Notes: a model not told the origin generated them from the letters alone. Shown: positions 8,172 to 18,403, counted from the first letter of the stretch. The stretch: 45,600 nt of DNA from Candidatus Saccharimonadales bacterium (GCA_036507655.1 DATCIS010000011.1:1-45600), one strand, 5' to 3'. Program-made: numbers and translations.

Positions 8172-10715
8172 TCAGGTGACAAGGCTAACCAGCCGTCCGG
8201 GTATATAAATAGCCTTTTTTATTTCCTTACCGGTCAGTAATTCCATAACCTTCACTTCTGTCTTTGCCAACTGAATAGCTTCAGCTTCGCCTATGTCGGC
8301 TGGCACTTCTATCTCCGCTCTGACCTTACCATTAATTTGTATAGCTAGAGTCATCGTCTCTTCAGCAATAAGTGATTCATCCCATGCCGGCCATTTACTT
8401 ACATGAACTGAGCCTGACTGGCCTAATTCTTCCCAAAGTTCCTCCGTAATGTGTGGCGCGAACGGTGCCAGAAGCTGAATAAGCGTGATAATGCCATCAC
8501 GCCAGGCATCATATGCGAGAACGAAGTTGTGTTTACTTTTTATTTTGTAAAGTTCGTTGACGCACTCCATCAGCGCAGCTATGGCAGTGTTAAAGCCCAA
8601 TTCTTCTTGGTCCTTGCTAACTCTTTTGACGGTTTTATGGACTATTCTCTTGATTTGGACCTCTAGTTCGGTGTTATGACCTTCTGCCTTTTTACTGGCG
8701 CCTAAAAATTCAAAAGTCAGAGTCCACAATCGGTCCAGGAATCGGTATGTTCCGGCAATGCCCCGTGGATTCCAATCAACACCTTGGTTATACGGACCGA
8801 TAAACAATTCATATAGCCTCAACGCGTCGGCTCCATAGCCCTGTGCAATGAGCTCATCTGGTGTAACAACATTGCCGTAGCGCTTGCCCATTTTGCGACC
8901 ATCTGCTCCACCTATCATCCCTTGATTACGCAAACCCAAGAATGGTTCTTCGCTACTGACCAGTCCAACATCTGCTAAAGCCTTCATCCAAAAACGGGCA
9001 TACAGCAGATGAACTACGGCATGCTCGGCACCGCCGATATAGCTATCGACCGGCAGCCAAAAATCAACTTTTTCCTTAGAAAAAGGCACCTTATTGTTAT
9101 GGGGGTCGGTAAAACGCAAAAAGTACCATGATGAATCTATGAAAGTGTCAAAAGTATCGGTCTCGCGCTGCGCCTCGCCACCACACTTTGGGCACTTAAT
9201 ATTTACAAATTCCGGTAAGTCCTTCAGGGGTGATTGGCCGGTGGGCTTGAACTTGACAGTTTCTGGCAACAGAACCGGCAAATCCTCTTCAGGCACTGGC
9301 ACTATACCGTCTTTGTCGCAATAAATTATCGGTATCGGGCAACCCCAATAGCGTTGCCGACTGATAGTCCAGTCGCGTAAGCGATATTCGGTTTTTGGCT
9401 TGCCTAATTCAACCGCTATTCTATCTCTCGCCTCGGCTGAATCCATGCCATTATATTTTCCTGAATTAATTAGTCTGCCCTCACTTGTAAAATACATACT
9501 GCCGTTTTGAATTGCCTTCTTCTTCGCTTCACGGGTTTTCTCTAAATTAGGAGGACCATTAAGTTCAGGAACTGGCACTTGAGTTAATTCAGGACTGTCG
9601 TCGTAAGGGTCAATTACTAGTTCGATCTTTAGATCGAACTCCTTAGCAAAGGTCCAATCCCTACCATCGTGCGCCGGTACGCCCATAATGGCGCCAGTGC
9701 CGTAGCTCATCAATACATAATCTGCTATCCAGATGGGGATTTTCTCCTTATTACCAGGGTTTATGGCGTAGGCGCCGATAAAAACACCCGTTTTATCTTT
9801 TTCGGCCTCTTTACGGTCTAGCTCTGTTTTGTTGGCTGTCGCCTTGACATAGGCTTCGACCTCAGTTTTTTGCTTATCGGTTGTAATTTTATCGACTAGT
9901 GGGTGCTCGGGAGCCAACACCATATATGTTGCACCAAATAAAGTATCCGGCCGCGTAGTAAACACTTCAATGTCACGCCCGTCAGTTGTTTCGAACTTAA
10001 TCTCGGCACCCACGCTTCGGCCTATCCAATTGCGCTGCATGGTTTTGATGTTTTCCGGCCAGTCTAAATCATTGAGGTCATCGACTAACTTATCGGCATA
10101 ATCAGTAATTTTTAAGAACCATTGTTCGATTTCTTTTTGAGTTACTGGCGTGCCGTCACGCTCACAGACGTTTACGCCGTCCTTGTTAATCACTTGTTCG
10201 TTAGCCAGTACCGTTTTGTCTGTCGGACACCAGTTTTGCAGCGACTTAGCACGGTATGCCAGACCCTTTTTGTAGAACTGCAAAAATAGCCACTGCGTCC
10301 ATTCGTAATAATTCGGATTGGAAGAGTTAATCTCCCTGCTCCAGTCGTATGAGAACCCAAGTTGCCTTAGCTGCTGCTTGAAGGTCTTAACGTTTTTGTC
10401 GGTCGAATCCTGGGGTGAAAGATTGTGTTTAATGGCGTAGTTTTCGGCCGGCAAGCCAAAGGCATCCCAGCCCATCGGGTGAAGCACATTGTGGCCGGTC
10501 ATTCGCGAATGCCGGGCCATGGCATCGCCGATAGTGTAGTTACGCACATGTCCCACGTGCATGGCTACGCCGCTTGGGTATGGGAAATACTCCAAAATGT
10601 ATTTTTTTGGCTTTGATTTATCTTCTTTGGCTTGATAAATCTTGGATTCGTCCCAAACTTTTTGCCACTTGGGCTCAACAACTTTCGGATTATACCGCCT
10701 CATAATTATCTCCAT
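8172..10715 (-). CDS. leuS: Leucyl-tRNA synthetase
   Basis: ORF track. Contains the HVGH (HIGH-type) motif, a KMGKR (KMSKS-type) motif and a CP1 editing region. The real start may be the second ATG at 10703, which has GGAGA 6 nt upstream. Confidence 0.95.
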   Translation of the reverse strand: MEIIMRRYNPKVVEPKWQKVWDESKIYQAKEDKSKPKKYILEYFPYPSGVAMHVGHVRNYTIGDAMARHSRMTGHNVLHPMGWDAFGLPAENYAIKHNLSPQDSTDKNVKTFKQQLRQLGFSYDWSREINSSNPNYYEWTQWLFLQFYKKGLAYRAKSLQNWCPTDKTVLANEQVINKDGVNVCERDGTPVTQKEIEQWFLKITDYADKLVDDLNDLDWPENIKTMQRNWIGRSVGAEIKFETTDGRDIEVFTTRPDTLFGATYMVLAPEHPLVDKITTDKQKTEVEAYVKATANKTELDRKEAEKDKTGVFIGAYAINPGNKEKIPIWIADYVLMSYGTGAIMGVPAHDGRDWTFAKEFDLKIELVIDPYDDSPELTQVPVPELNGPPNLEKTREAKKKAIQNGSMYFTSEGRLINSGKYNGMDSAEARDRIAVELGKPKTEYRLRDWTISRQRYWGCPIPIIYCDKDGIVPVPEEDLPVLLPETVKFKPTGQSPLKDLPEFVNIKCPKCGGEAQRETDTFDTFIDSSWYFLRFTDPHNNKVPFSKEKVDFWLPVDSYIGGAEHAVVHLLYARFWMKALADVGLVSSEEPFLGLRNQGMIGGADGRKMGKRYGNVVTPDELIAQGYGADALRLYELFIGPYNQGVDWNPRGIAGTYRFLDRLWTLTFEFLGASKKAEGHNTELEVQIKRIVHKTVKRVSKDQEELGFNTAIAALMECVNELYKIKSKHNFVLAYDAWRDGIITLIQLLAPFAPHITEELWEELGQSGSVHVSKWPAWDESLIAEETMTLAIQINGKVRAEIEVPADIGEAEAIQLAKTEVKVMELLTGKEIKKAIYIPGRLVSLVT

Positions 10716-10728
10716 TTTAACAGAGAAG

Positions 10729-12021
10729 CTACTTGGCGAACGCCTGGCTTTTCTTTTTCAGCCACTGCGGTGATTGACGGACGAGTTTGCTACTATCAGA
10801 TGGGTTGGCCAGGAGTAATTTAATGGCTTCTTCGGCAAAAACACCGTTCTGCGAACCCTTAGCTAAAATCAAAGTCCCGGGCTGAATCAATGGCTTTAGA
10901 TATTCACCAGCCTTATATGGGTTATCGAAAGGCACAACCTTACAACCCCTATTTTGAGCTATGGAGGCCAGATATTGATTGGCATCCAGGCCAATTGTTA
11001 TGACTAAATCTAGCTTACGTGGCTCGCAGTGAATGCCGATTTCTTCATGTGCTTCCTTGGAATATTTGCCAAGTTCATTCATATTACCCAAGATGGCTAT
11101 TTTATGCGGCGCGTCGAGCCTATACAGAGTTTCCAGGGCCGCTTTCATAGCTTCGGGACTGGCATTATATGTATCGTCAATAATCAGCGAATTGTTAATG
11201 CCGGCCAATCGTTGCATCCGACCGCTTACCGGGTGGATATTATGCAAGCCCTTGTCTATTTCTTCTGCGGTGAGACCGAGCTCGGCTGCCACAGCTACCG
11301 CCGCTGTCACAGAATAGAGCTGAGGCTCAGAAATTAAGTCGTTACTGGATTTTAGGAAAGATTGCCCGTTTTTTAGAACTTCGAAGTCAGATTTATCATC
11401 TTTAAATATGACGTCTACCGTCTGATAACTCGCGTGCTGTTTTAGGCCGTAGCTCATTGTAGGAATGCTAACGGCCGTTAGGTATGCTGGGTCAATCATG
11501 TCTTTGTTGTAAAGAAGCGCGGAGCTCATTTTTGTTATCTCCAGCTCTTCGCGAGCCACGGCTTCAAGATCGTCGAAGAATTCCATATGCTCAAGCGAAA
11601 CGGCTGTCAAAACAGCTAAATCAATTTTTAGATAGCTGGTAAATTCCCCGATTTGTCCCGGTGCGTCCGTGCCCACCTCAATCACAACAATGTCATAAGG
11701 ATAGGGATTTTTAATCTGTTCCGCATTGCGGCGGAAGATGGCTATCCAAGCCAGTGGATTGAATAAGCTTGGCATTATCTTGCCGAAAAAAATCAACGGC
11801 ACACTGACTATGTCATTGTAATTACCGTCTTGATACTGAACCCGATATTTGGCTTTTAAGACATTGGCGATGGCCAGCTTAGTGCTGGTTTTACCAACAC
11901 TGCCGGCAACGGCTACGACTTTGAAATTGTTTTTCTTTTGCAGCTGGCGGACTTGGCGACCAAGGATACTTGCAACCAACTTTTTAGCGAGCTTCTTCAC
12001 TAGCTTAAGTATAGCAACCAA
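10729..12021 (-). CDS. murF: Mur ligase, probably UDP-MurNAc-tripeptide--D-Ala-D-Ala ligase
   Basis: ORF track. Contains the VAVAGSVGKTSTK P-loop and the Mur ligase middle and C-terminal regions (DDTYNASP). Confidence 0.8.
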   Translation of the reverse strand: MVAILKLVKKLAKKLVASILGRQVRQLQKKNNFKVVAVAGSVGKTSTKLAIANVLKAKYRVQYQDGNYNDIVSVPLIFFGKIMPSLFNPLAWIAIFRRNAEQIKNPYPYDIVVIEVGTDAPGQIGEFTSYLKIDLAVLTAVSLEHMEFFDDLEAVAREELEITKMSSALLYNKDMIDPAYLTAVSIPTMSYGLKQHASYQTVDVIFKDDKSDFEVLKNGQSFLKSSNDLISEPQLYSVTAAVAVAAELGLTAEEIDKGLHNIHPVSGRMQRLAGINNSLIIDDTYNASPEAMKAALETLYRLDAPHKIAILGNMNELGKYSKEAHEEIGIHCEPRKLDLVITIGLDANQYLASIAQNRGCKVVPFDNPYKAGEYLKPLIQPGTLILAKGSQNGVFAEEAIKLLLANPSDSSKLVRQSPQWLKKKSQAFAK

Positions 12022-12066
12022 CAGGGTAGAAACAGATAGAAAATTTATGTATAATATTTACACTTA

Positions 12067-12144
12067 GGGGGCATTGGCGCAGTTGGCTAGCGCGCATCCA
12101 TGGCATGGATGAGGTCAAGGGTTCGAATCCCTTATGCTCCACCA
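12067..12144 (+). tRNA. tRNA-Ala (anticodon GGC), CCA encoded
   Basis: GGGGGCA..CATCC ATGGCAT GGATG..GGGTTCGAATCCC..TGCTCC A CCA. It has the G3:U70 alanine identity pair and an A32/U38 anticodon loop. Confidence 0.9.
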
Positions 12145-12152
12145 TTTTATTA

Positions 12153-14147
12153 CTAGAGTGAGATTTTTCTTAGCAATTGGGCGTTGAGGGCGACGATAAT
12201 CGTCGAAAGAGACATAAAGACCGCTCCTAGAGCCGGGACTAGCAGAATCCCTGATCTGTAAAGAACGCCGGCGGCCAGAGGGATAGCAACCACGTTATAG
12301 CCAGTTGCCCAAGCCAGATTTTGCTTCATCTTTGAATAGGTAGCTTTCGAAAGTTTGATGACTTTGACTACGTCTCGCGGGTCGCTTTTGACCAGTATGA
12401 TATCGGCCGATTTTATAGCCACGTCCGTGCCGGCGCCGATTGCCAAACCAATATTTGCCTGGGTCAAAGCCGGAGCGTCATTAATACCATCACCCACCAT
12501 GGCAACGCTTTCGCCACTGGCTTGCAGTTGTTTGACCTTAGATGCCTTATCTTCGGGCTTAACCTCGGCAAAGAACTGATCCAAACCTAGTTGCTTAGCA
12601 ACATAAGCAGCCACATCTTCGGAATCGCCGGTTATCATGGCAGTCTTGATGCCCATTTTCTTCAGTGACGCGACCACAGTCGGGGACTCTTCGCGGATTA
12701 TGTCAGCCAATGCCAAAGCACCTATTACCTTTTTATCGGCAATCAGATAAACTTCGGTTTTACCGTCTTGGGCCGCCTTTTTAATCTGGTTTCTGATTTC
12801 GGTTGGGACATCAATTTTGTTGTCTTCGATATAGCGGTAGCTGGCTGCAATGTAAGTAGTCCCTTCGATTTCGCCCTTTACACCTATGCCCGGCAGGGCT
12901 TTAAAATTAACAAATTTGCTGGTTTTTAGTTTTTGCTCCTGGGCTTTTTTAACAATCCCCTTACCGACGATATGTTCACTGTTTTGCTCCAAGCTGGCAG
13001 CCAGGCGCAATATTTCGCTTTCCTTGAAGCCGTCAGTTGCCCAAATATCTGTTACGCCATGCTCGCCTCTGGTTAAAGTGCCAGTTTTATCAAAAAGCAC
13101 CCAATCAAGGTTGCGGGCTGACTCAAGAGCTAATCTTTTTCTTATAAGCAACCCATTACGAGCAGAAAGAGTAGTAGAAATTGATACCACTAATGGCACG
13201 GCTAGTCCCAAAGCATGCGGGCAAGCAATAATCAGTACAGTGACGGTACGTTCCAGGGCAAAGTCGGTGTCACGGGCCAAAATCCAAACCAAAAAAGTCA
13301 GCAAACCGACAGCGATAGCCACAACAGTCAGTACAAAAGCCGCTTTATCGGCTAAAACCTGGACATTTGATTTGGAAGCTTGAGCCTCGGCTACCAGACG
13401 CATGATGCCCGCCAGAGCAGTATCATCGCCTATCTTGGTAACTTTTACGGTCAGAGAACCGTCCTGATTAATAGTGCCGGCCACTACCTCACCATTAGCT
13501 GACTTATTCACCGGCTTGGATTCGCCGGTTATGGCAGCTTCATTGACTGATGATGTGCCTTCGGTGATTACACCATCCACCGGAATAGCGGCACCCGGGC
13601 GAATTAGTACCAAATCATTACTTTTAAGCTCACTGACCAACACCGTCCGGGGCTGGCCGTTAACCAATTTCTCGGCTTTATCGGGCAGCAATTTGGCGAT
13701 GGCATCAAGTGCGCTCTCAGCTCTTTTTATCGAAGCCATTTCTAACCAGTGGCCCAGAAGCATGATAGTAATCAGTGTGGAAAGCTCCCAAAAGAAACCT
13801 TCACCGGAAATTGCGAACTCAGTCGCCAGGCTGTAAAAATAGGCGACGCTAATGGCCATGGCGATTAACGTCATCATACCTGGTAGCCTGTCTTTTAGCT
13901 CACGCCAAGCGCCTTGAATGAACACCATACCGCCGTAGAAAAAGATAATGGTGCTAAAAACCAGAGGTATGTATTTTGACCCGGTAAAACTTGGCGCCGT
14001 TATGTTCAACCAACCCTGAACGCTCTCGGAGTAGAGTAAAACAGGTACTGTTAGCAGTAAACTTGCCCAGAAGCGGTTGCGGAACATCTCTATCGAATGC
14101 CCGGCGTGTTTGTCGTAGTCTTGATTCCCGTGGTAATGATCTTTCAA
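12153..14147 (-). CDS. copB: P1B-type heavy-metal (copper) ATPase, CopB-like
   Basis: ORF track. Contains the DKTGTLT phosphorylation site, a CPH motif in the TM helix (IIACPHALGL), GDGINDAP, and a His-rich N-terminus (HYHGNQDYDKHAGH) in place of an HMA domain. Confidence 0.9.
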   Translation of the reverse strand: MKDHYHGNQDYDKHAGHSIEMFRNRFWASLLLTVPVLLYSESVQGWLNITAPSFTGSKYIPLVFSTIIFFYGGMVFIQGAWRELKDRLPGMMTLIAMAISVAYFYSLATEFAISGEGFFWELSTLITIMLLGHWLEMASIKRAESALDAIAKLLPDKAEKLVNGQPRTVLVSELKSNDLVLIRPGAAIPVDGVITEGTSSVNEAAITGESKPVNKSANGEVVAGTINQDGSLTVKVTKIGDDTALAGIMRLVAEAQASKSNVQVLADKAAFVLTVVAIAVGLLTFLVWILARDTDFALERTVTVLIIACPHALGLAVPLVVSISTTLSARNGLLIRKRLALESARNLDWVLFDKTGTLTRGEHGVTDIWATDGFKESEILRLAASLEQNSEHIVGKGIVKKAQEQKLKTSKFVNFKALPGIGVKGEIEGTTYIAASYRYIEDNKIDVPTEIRNQIKKAAQDGKTEVYLIADKKVIGALALADIIREESPTVVASLKKMGIKTAMITGDSEDVAAYVAKQLGLDQFFAEVKPEDKASKVKQLQASGESVAMVGDGINDAPALTQANIGLAIGAGTDVAIKSADIILVKSDPRDVVKVIKLSKATYSKMKQNLAWATGYNVVAIPLAAGVLYRSGILLVPALGAVFMSLSTIIVALNAQLLRKISL

Positions 14148-14190
14148 GTGGCTTCTCTGCTCCGCCTATAAAACAGTTGCTTAATGCTTA

Positions 14191-14442
14191 TTACTTGTAG
14201 GACAAGTCTTTTATTAGTTGATCAAATTCCTTTTTACTAATCTCGCCCTTGGCGTATCTGTTTTTAGCTATGGCCAAACTATCTTCGCCCTCACCTTGTT
14301 TACCGAACCCTCCCGAGACTCCCCGAATCACTAGAACTACAACCGCTATTACGACCAGTGCCCATATTACCATCATTAGCAGTCCCCACCCCCAATCTGT
14401 GGCACCCATGTGGAAACCGTCGTTAAAGTGCGCTGAATACAT
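14191..14442 (-). CDS. SHOCT-domain small membrane protein
   Basis: ORF track. One TM helix plus a C-terminal AKNRYAKGEISKKEFDQLIKDL segment (SHOCT-like). Confidence 0.7.
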   Translation of the reverse strand: MYSAHFNDGFHMGATDWGWGLLMMVIWALVVIAVVVLVIRGVSGGFGKQGEGEDSLAIAKNRYAKGEISKKEFDQLIKDLSYK

Positions 14443-14454
14443 ATTGCCTCCTTA

Positions 14455-14727
14455 TTATTTTCCTTGCTTGCTAAAAATCCCAAGACTCCAGCCTAACACG
14501 TAACCTACGACCCAAAAAGAAACAACCAGCGTAATACCGCCACCAATGAAGTTACCCCAACTTAAGTTGAAGTCGCCAAGACTATCGATGTTCATTCCAT
14601 GCAGCCACCATTTGGTGACTTTGAAAGAAAAGTCGGGGAAGATTACGACAAATGCTGAACATAGGGTCCAGAGGACCGCCGTTGCCAGAGCCAAAGAACT
14701 GGCGAGTTTATTTTTTGTCAGTTTCAC
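14455..14727 (-). CDS. Small membrane protein of the metal operon (possibly DUF5676-like)
   Basis: ORF track. Two or three hydrophobic segments. Lies between the regulator and the ATPase, and its start overlaps the regulator's stop by 4 nt. Family name is uncertain. Confidence 0.6.
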   Translation of the reverse strand: MKLTKNKLASSLALATAVLWTLCSAFVVIFPDFSFKVTKWWLHGMNIDSLGDFNLSWGNFIGGGITLVVSFWVVGYVLGWSLGIFSKQGK

Positions 14728-15215
14728 GCTTTTATAACCTCCTTTAATTCTTTTACATAGCGATTGGGGTTAGAAGCAAATTTATCTTTGCAGCCGCTGG
14801 CGCAGAAGTAATAGGTTTGGCCGCCGTATTTGGTCGTATCGAAAACTTCGGATGCGCTCAGCCGCATGCCACATACGACGTCTTGAACAATCGGAAAAAG
14901 ATATTTCGCTGGGAATTCCTCAGAAAAACCATGCTGGCTTTGCAGAAACTGATAAATCATTCCAACAGCTTTGGTTATTTTGTTGTCTGCCAAAGAGTAG
15001 AAGGCCTTTTGACCCTCACGGTCGACCCTGACCAATTTATATTGCCTAAGAAGAGTCAGGTGCTGCGATAAATTTGGTTGGCGTAAGCCGAGCATTTCAA
15101 CCATTTCATTAACGCTCAGGCGCCGATTTTTAAGCAGCTGTAGTATCTCCAGACGCTTACGGTTAGCCAAAACTTTAAAGGTCTCCTCCTCTAAATTCAT
15201 GATCCTCTGATACAT
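14724..15215 (-). CDS. ArsR/SmtB-family metalloregulator fused to a C-terminal YHS/TRASH metal-binding domain
   Basis: ORF track. wHTH region LANRKRLEILQLL..SVNEMVEMLGLRQPNLSQHL. C-terminal region VVCGMRL..YYFCASGCKDKFASNP. Confidence 0.85.
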   Translation of the reverse strand: MYQRIMNLEEETFKVLANRKRLEILQLLKNRRLSVNEMVEMLGLRQPNLSQHLTLLRQYKLVRVDREGQKAFYSLADNKITKAVGMIYQFLQSQHGFSEEFPAKYLFPIVQDVVCGMRLSASEVFDTTKYGGQTYYFCASGCKDKFASNPNRYVKELKEVIKA

Positions 15216-15240
15216 AAATCCATAATATCATAAATATAGT

Positions 15241-15262
15241 TATATTCGCATACTTGAATATA
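15241..15262. promoter_or_regulatory. Candidate ArsR-type operator in the divergent promoter region
   Basis: Inverted repeat TATATTC-N8-GAATATA, between the divergently transcribed regulator (minus) and the thiol-redox genes (plus). Confidence 0.45.
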
Positions 15263-15298
15263 TTTATTTTTACGTGTACCCTTAGTTTTGGAGAAAGT

Positions 15299-15727
15299 AT
15301 GTTACTAATCTTTCTACTAATAAGCCTGGTATTTATCGCCGGGTTAGTTTATAACCAAAAATCAAAAAGACGGATTTGTGCGATATGTGCCGGAGTTTCT
15401 CTAACTTGGTTGTTGCTGTTCGTTCTCTATAAAACTGATGCTTATGAAGACACTGTTTTATTGAGTCTACTGATGGGCCAGAGCATTACCGGTCTTTACT
15501 ATTTAGGTTTAAGTCGCCTGCCGAAATCGTTGCGCATATTTACCCTGCCCTTCTTTTTATCACTTACAGCCATATTTTATCTTCTAATCACTGAAGAATT
15601 CGTCCTAGGTGCCTTCGGACTACTGAGCGTTTTATGGATAATAGCTTGGCTAATGTTTATCTACCGTAAAGACTCCGGTAAAAAGCCGTTGGCGCAAGCA
15701 GTAACCAATTGTTGCGAGGATGTGTAA
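15299..15727 (+). CDS. Hypothetical multi-pass membrane protein with CAIC and C-terminal CC motifs
   Basis: The track ORF starts at TTG 15254. The ATG at 15299 has GGAGAAAG upstream. It has four hydrophobic helices, CxxC (CAICAG) at a helix start, and ends NCCEDV. Confidence 0.65.
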   Translation: MLLIFLLISLVFIAGLVYNQKSKRRICAICAGVSLTWLLLFVLYKTDAYEDTVLLSLLMGQSITGLYYLGLSRLPKSLRIFTLPFFLSLTAIFYLLITEEFVLGAFGLLSVLWIIAWLMFIYRKDSGKKPLAQAVTNCCEDV

Positions 15728-15730
15728 GCA

Positions 15731-16609
15731 ATGGAATTAGTAGCTGCCGCCTCACTCATTACCGCTTTTATAGCCGGCGTGGCGGCCCTTTTTGCACCAT
15801 GTTGCATCGGAGTATTGCTTCCGGCTTATCTAGCTTCGGTTTTTCGCACTAAAACCAAGATATTTCTGATGACGTTCGTCTATTTCTTGGGTATGTTAAC
15901 CATCTTCTTGCCGATGGGGCTCGGAGTAGCCGCCTTAAGCAGTTTCTTGACTGATAACCATGGTCTATTCTTCGCCATCGGAGGTGCTTTCATGTTGCTT
16001 CTAGGGGTTTCACTACTTCTGGGTAAATCAATTATGCTTCCGGTGCACGTTCATCCTAAACTCGAAAAATATGACTTTGGTTCAATTTATACGCTCGGTC
16101 TTTTTTCCGGCATCGCCACCACCTGTTGCGCGCCAGTGCTGGCCGGAGTACTGGCTCTTTCGGCGTTACCCGGCTCGCTGTGGATGGGCGGCCTTTATGC
16201 CCTGACATTTGTCGTTGGCATGGTCGTACCGCTATTTTTGGTGGCGGCGTTCGTAGACAAAAGTCAGGTTATAAAGCGCTTCGAGTCTCTTAAACGGAAG
16301 GTTAGTTATTCTGTCTTTGGTCGGAAAATCACACTAAGCTTATCGCATCTGATTTCAGGTGTTATTTTCACTCTTTTCGGCGCCTTTATTTTGATATACG
16401 AGCGGGCCAACCCGGACGCTTTTACATCAAGCTATTCGGTCGAGATTAATCTGTTGGCAGCCCGAGTAACTCGTTTTATCGAATCGGCGACTAAAGGTAT
16501 CTCAGATATGCTGTGGGCTCTGGTTTTTGTGCTTTTATTCTCAGCTATAGGCTGGGTAGCTTACAAGCAGGCTAAAAGCGAAATTAATACAAAGGAGGAA
16601 AGAAAATGA
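15731..16609 (+). CDS. ccdA: CcdA/DsbD-family thiol-disulfide electron transporter
   Basis: ORF track. Cys in TM1 (FAPCCIGVLLP) and a second Cys pair (ATTCCAPVLAG), as in the cytochrome c biogenesis DsbD-domain family. Confidence 0.8.
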   Translation: MELVAAASLITAFIAGVAALFAPCCIGVLLPAYLASVFRTKTKIFLMTFVYFLGMLTIFLPMGLGVAALSSFLTDNHGLFFAIGGAFMLLLGVSLLLGKSIMLPVHVHPKLEKYDFGSIYTLGLFSGIATTCCAPVLAGVLALSALPGSLWMGGLYALTFVVGMVVPLFLVAAFVDKSQVIKRFESLKRKVSYSVFGRKITLSLSHLISGVIFTLFGAFILIYERANPDAFTSSYSVEINLLAARVTRFIESATKGISDMLWALVFVLLFSAIGWVAYKQAKSEINTKEERK

Positions 16610-17184
16610 GCAAAAAACTAGTACTGATATTAGTAGCACTGGGCTTAGTAATGTTCGGCGCAGCCAGTCTTGTTAAGTCCGGTTCGGAAGAAAAATTTGT
16701 TAAAAAAGCTCAGCCGCTGGATAGTATGGTTGGCCAGCCTGCGCCCGATTTCAGCCTGCAAAACCAAAGGGGAGAGACTTTCAAGCTTAGCAATATGCGA
16801 GGCAAGAAAACAGTACTCTTCTTCAACGAGGGAATAATGTGTTACCCGGCCTGCTGGAACCAAATGGCCGCGCTTGGTACTGACGGACAGTTAAATAACT
16901 CCGACGTTCTAAGCGCCAGTATCGTCGTAGACCCGGTCGAGCATTGGGGTAAAGCCTTTCAGCAAATGCCCGATTTAGCTAAGGGTACCGTGTTGTTTGA
17001 CACTAACAAAGCGATTTCTGAGCAATACGGTATGCTGACGCTTGAATCGTCCATGCACAGAGGTAGCATGCCTGGGCATACCTATTTGGTTATCGATCAA
17101 GAAGGGGTAGTCCGTTACGTCCTAGATGATCCCAAGATGTCTATTCAAAACCCCACATTAATTTCAGAACTAAAAAAGATTTGA
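16606..17184 (+). CDS. Secreted or anchored thioredoxin-fold redoxin (AhpC/TSA/TlpA-like)
   Basis: ORF track. N-terminal anchor, FSLQNQRGETFKLSNMRGKKTVLFF and CYPACWNQ. Overlaps ccdA by 4 nt. Confidence 0.75.
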   Translation: MSKKLVLILVALGLVMFGAASLVKSGSEEKFVKKAQPLDSMVGQPAPDFSLQNQRGETFKLSNMRGKKTVLFFNEGIMCYPACWNQMAALGTDGQLNNSDVLSASIVVDPVEHWGKAFQQMPDLAKGTVLFDTNKAISEQYGMLTLESSMHRGSMPGHTYLVIDQEGVVRYVLDDPKMSIQNPTLISELKKI

Positions 17185-17245
17185 ATTGAAAGCAAAAGAG
17201 TTATAGGCTGGATTTAAAGAATACTCGATAATCAAAGGCCTAGGG

Positions 17246-18403
17246 ATGGCTAACAATTCAGACTCATTGTTTAAAAAAATAGATTACCGCGTGCCGGTAT
17301 ATGCCAACAGGCTTCTTTATATGTTCGGCGGCATTACATTGTCGTCCTTTCTGGTCTTGGGACTATCTGGCGCCTATTTAACCCAATTTTATAACCCGAC
17401 AATCGAGAAAGCCCATGATAGCATTCTGGCGTCAATCGCTAACGTGCCTTTATTTGATTTTATGCGCAGCCTACATTTTTGGATTGCTAACTTAGTGGTT
17501 TTTCTGCTACTGCTGCACGCTGTCAGAGTCTTTATTACCGGCTCTTATAAAAAACCCAGAAGACTGACTTGGTTAACTGGAGTATCCCTACTGTTTGTAA
17601 CTGTTACATATATTTTCGTGGGCAGTGTCCTAAGATGGGACCAAGAGGCCGTCGAGGCTTTCGGGCACGTCCAGGAGAGTATTGGTTTATTTGGCGTCCA
17701 GATTGGCTTAACCAATGCTGGCGTCCCCGTTATGACCCAGCTTTACTCTTGGCATATCACCATTCTTTATTTACTATTACTCGGCCTGTTATCAGTGCAT
17801 CTGTTCCTCATAAAGGCCAGGGGGATATCGCCCAAGCCAGCGAAAACGGCTGTTGCGGCAGCAACGGCCGGTCAAGGCAAATCGAGCTTTTTATTACACT
17901 TGCGTAGACTGACAGGTTTTAGCTTGCTTTTTCTAGTGTTGGCGAGTTTGCTGGCCATTGCTTTTCCAGCACCGATTGGCCAGCCTGGCATTCTCGAGCA
18001 AGAGGTTACTAGGCCACTATGGATGTTCTGGCCATTTTATGGGCTAGAAGATATTTTCGGTTTGAAGGGCTTGGTTTGGGGCATAGTGGGCTTTTTTGTG
18101 ATTTTGGCATTGTTTCCTTTCATAGACCGCGGTCCGTATGTTCACTGGGCAAAACGCAAGCTAGTTTTGGGTTTAGGTTTTATATTTTTAGCTACCGTTA
18201 TAGGTTTAGGAGTGTATTCCCGCCTCCAACCGGCCGAGGCACACATTGAAGAAAGCTCCGAGGCGCACACGGAAGAGGCCTCTGCTGACGAGCTAAATAT
18301 TAGCCATATGCGACTACGAAGTGAGGCTCTTTATTTGCTACCCATAACAGTTGCCATTGGTTTCGTTGGCGCACGTATGGCGTTCAAGCCTGCTAAAGAA
18401 TGA
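17246..18403 (+). CDS. Cytochrome b (bc1/b6-type, N- and C-terminal parts fused)
   Basis: ORF track. Contains SLHFWIANLVVFLLLLHAVRVFITGSYKKPRRLTWLTGV and FVGSVLRWDQ. A second His pair lies in WHITILYLLLLGLLSVHLF. It also has a PEWY-like PLWMFWPFYGL segment. Confidence 0.8.
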   Translation: MANNSDSLFKKIDYRVPVYANRLLYMFGGITLSSFLVLGLSGAYLTQFYNPTIEKAHDSILASIANVPLFDFMRSLHFWIANLVVFLLLLHAVRVFITGSYKKPRRLTWLTGVSLLFVTVTYIFVGSVLRWDQEAVEAFGHVQESIGLFGVQIGLTNAGVPVMTQLYSWHITILYLLLLGLLSVHLFLIKARGISPKPAKTAVAAATAGQGKSSFLLHLRRLTGFSLLFLVLASLLAIAFPAPIGQPGILEQEVTRPLWMFWPFYGLEDIFGLKGLVWGIVGFFVILALFPFIDRGPYVHWAKRKLVLGLGFIFLATVIGLGVYSRLQPAEAHIEESSEAHTEEASADELNISHMRLRSEALYLLPITVAIGFVGARMAFKPAKE

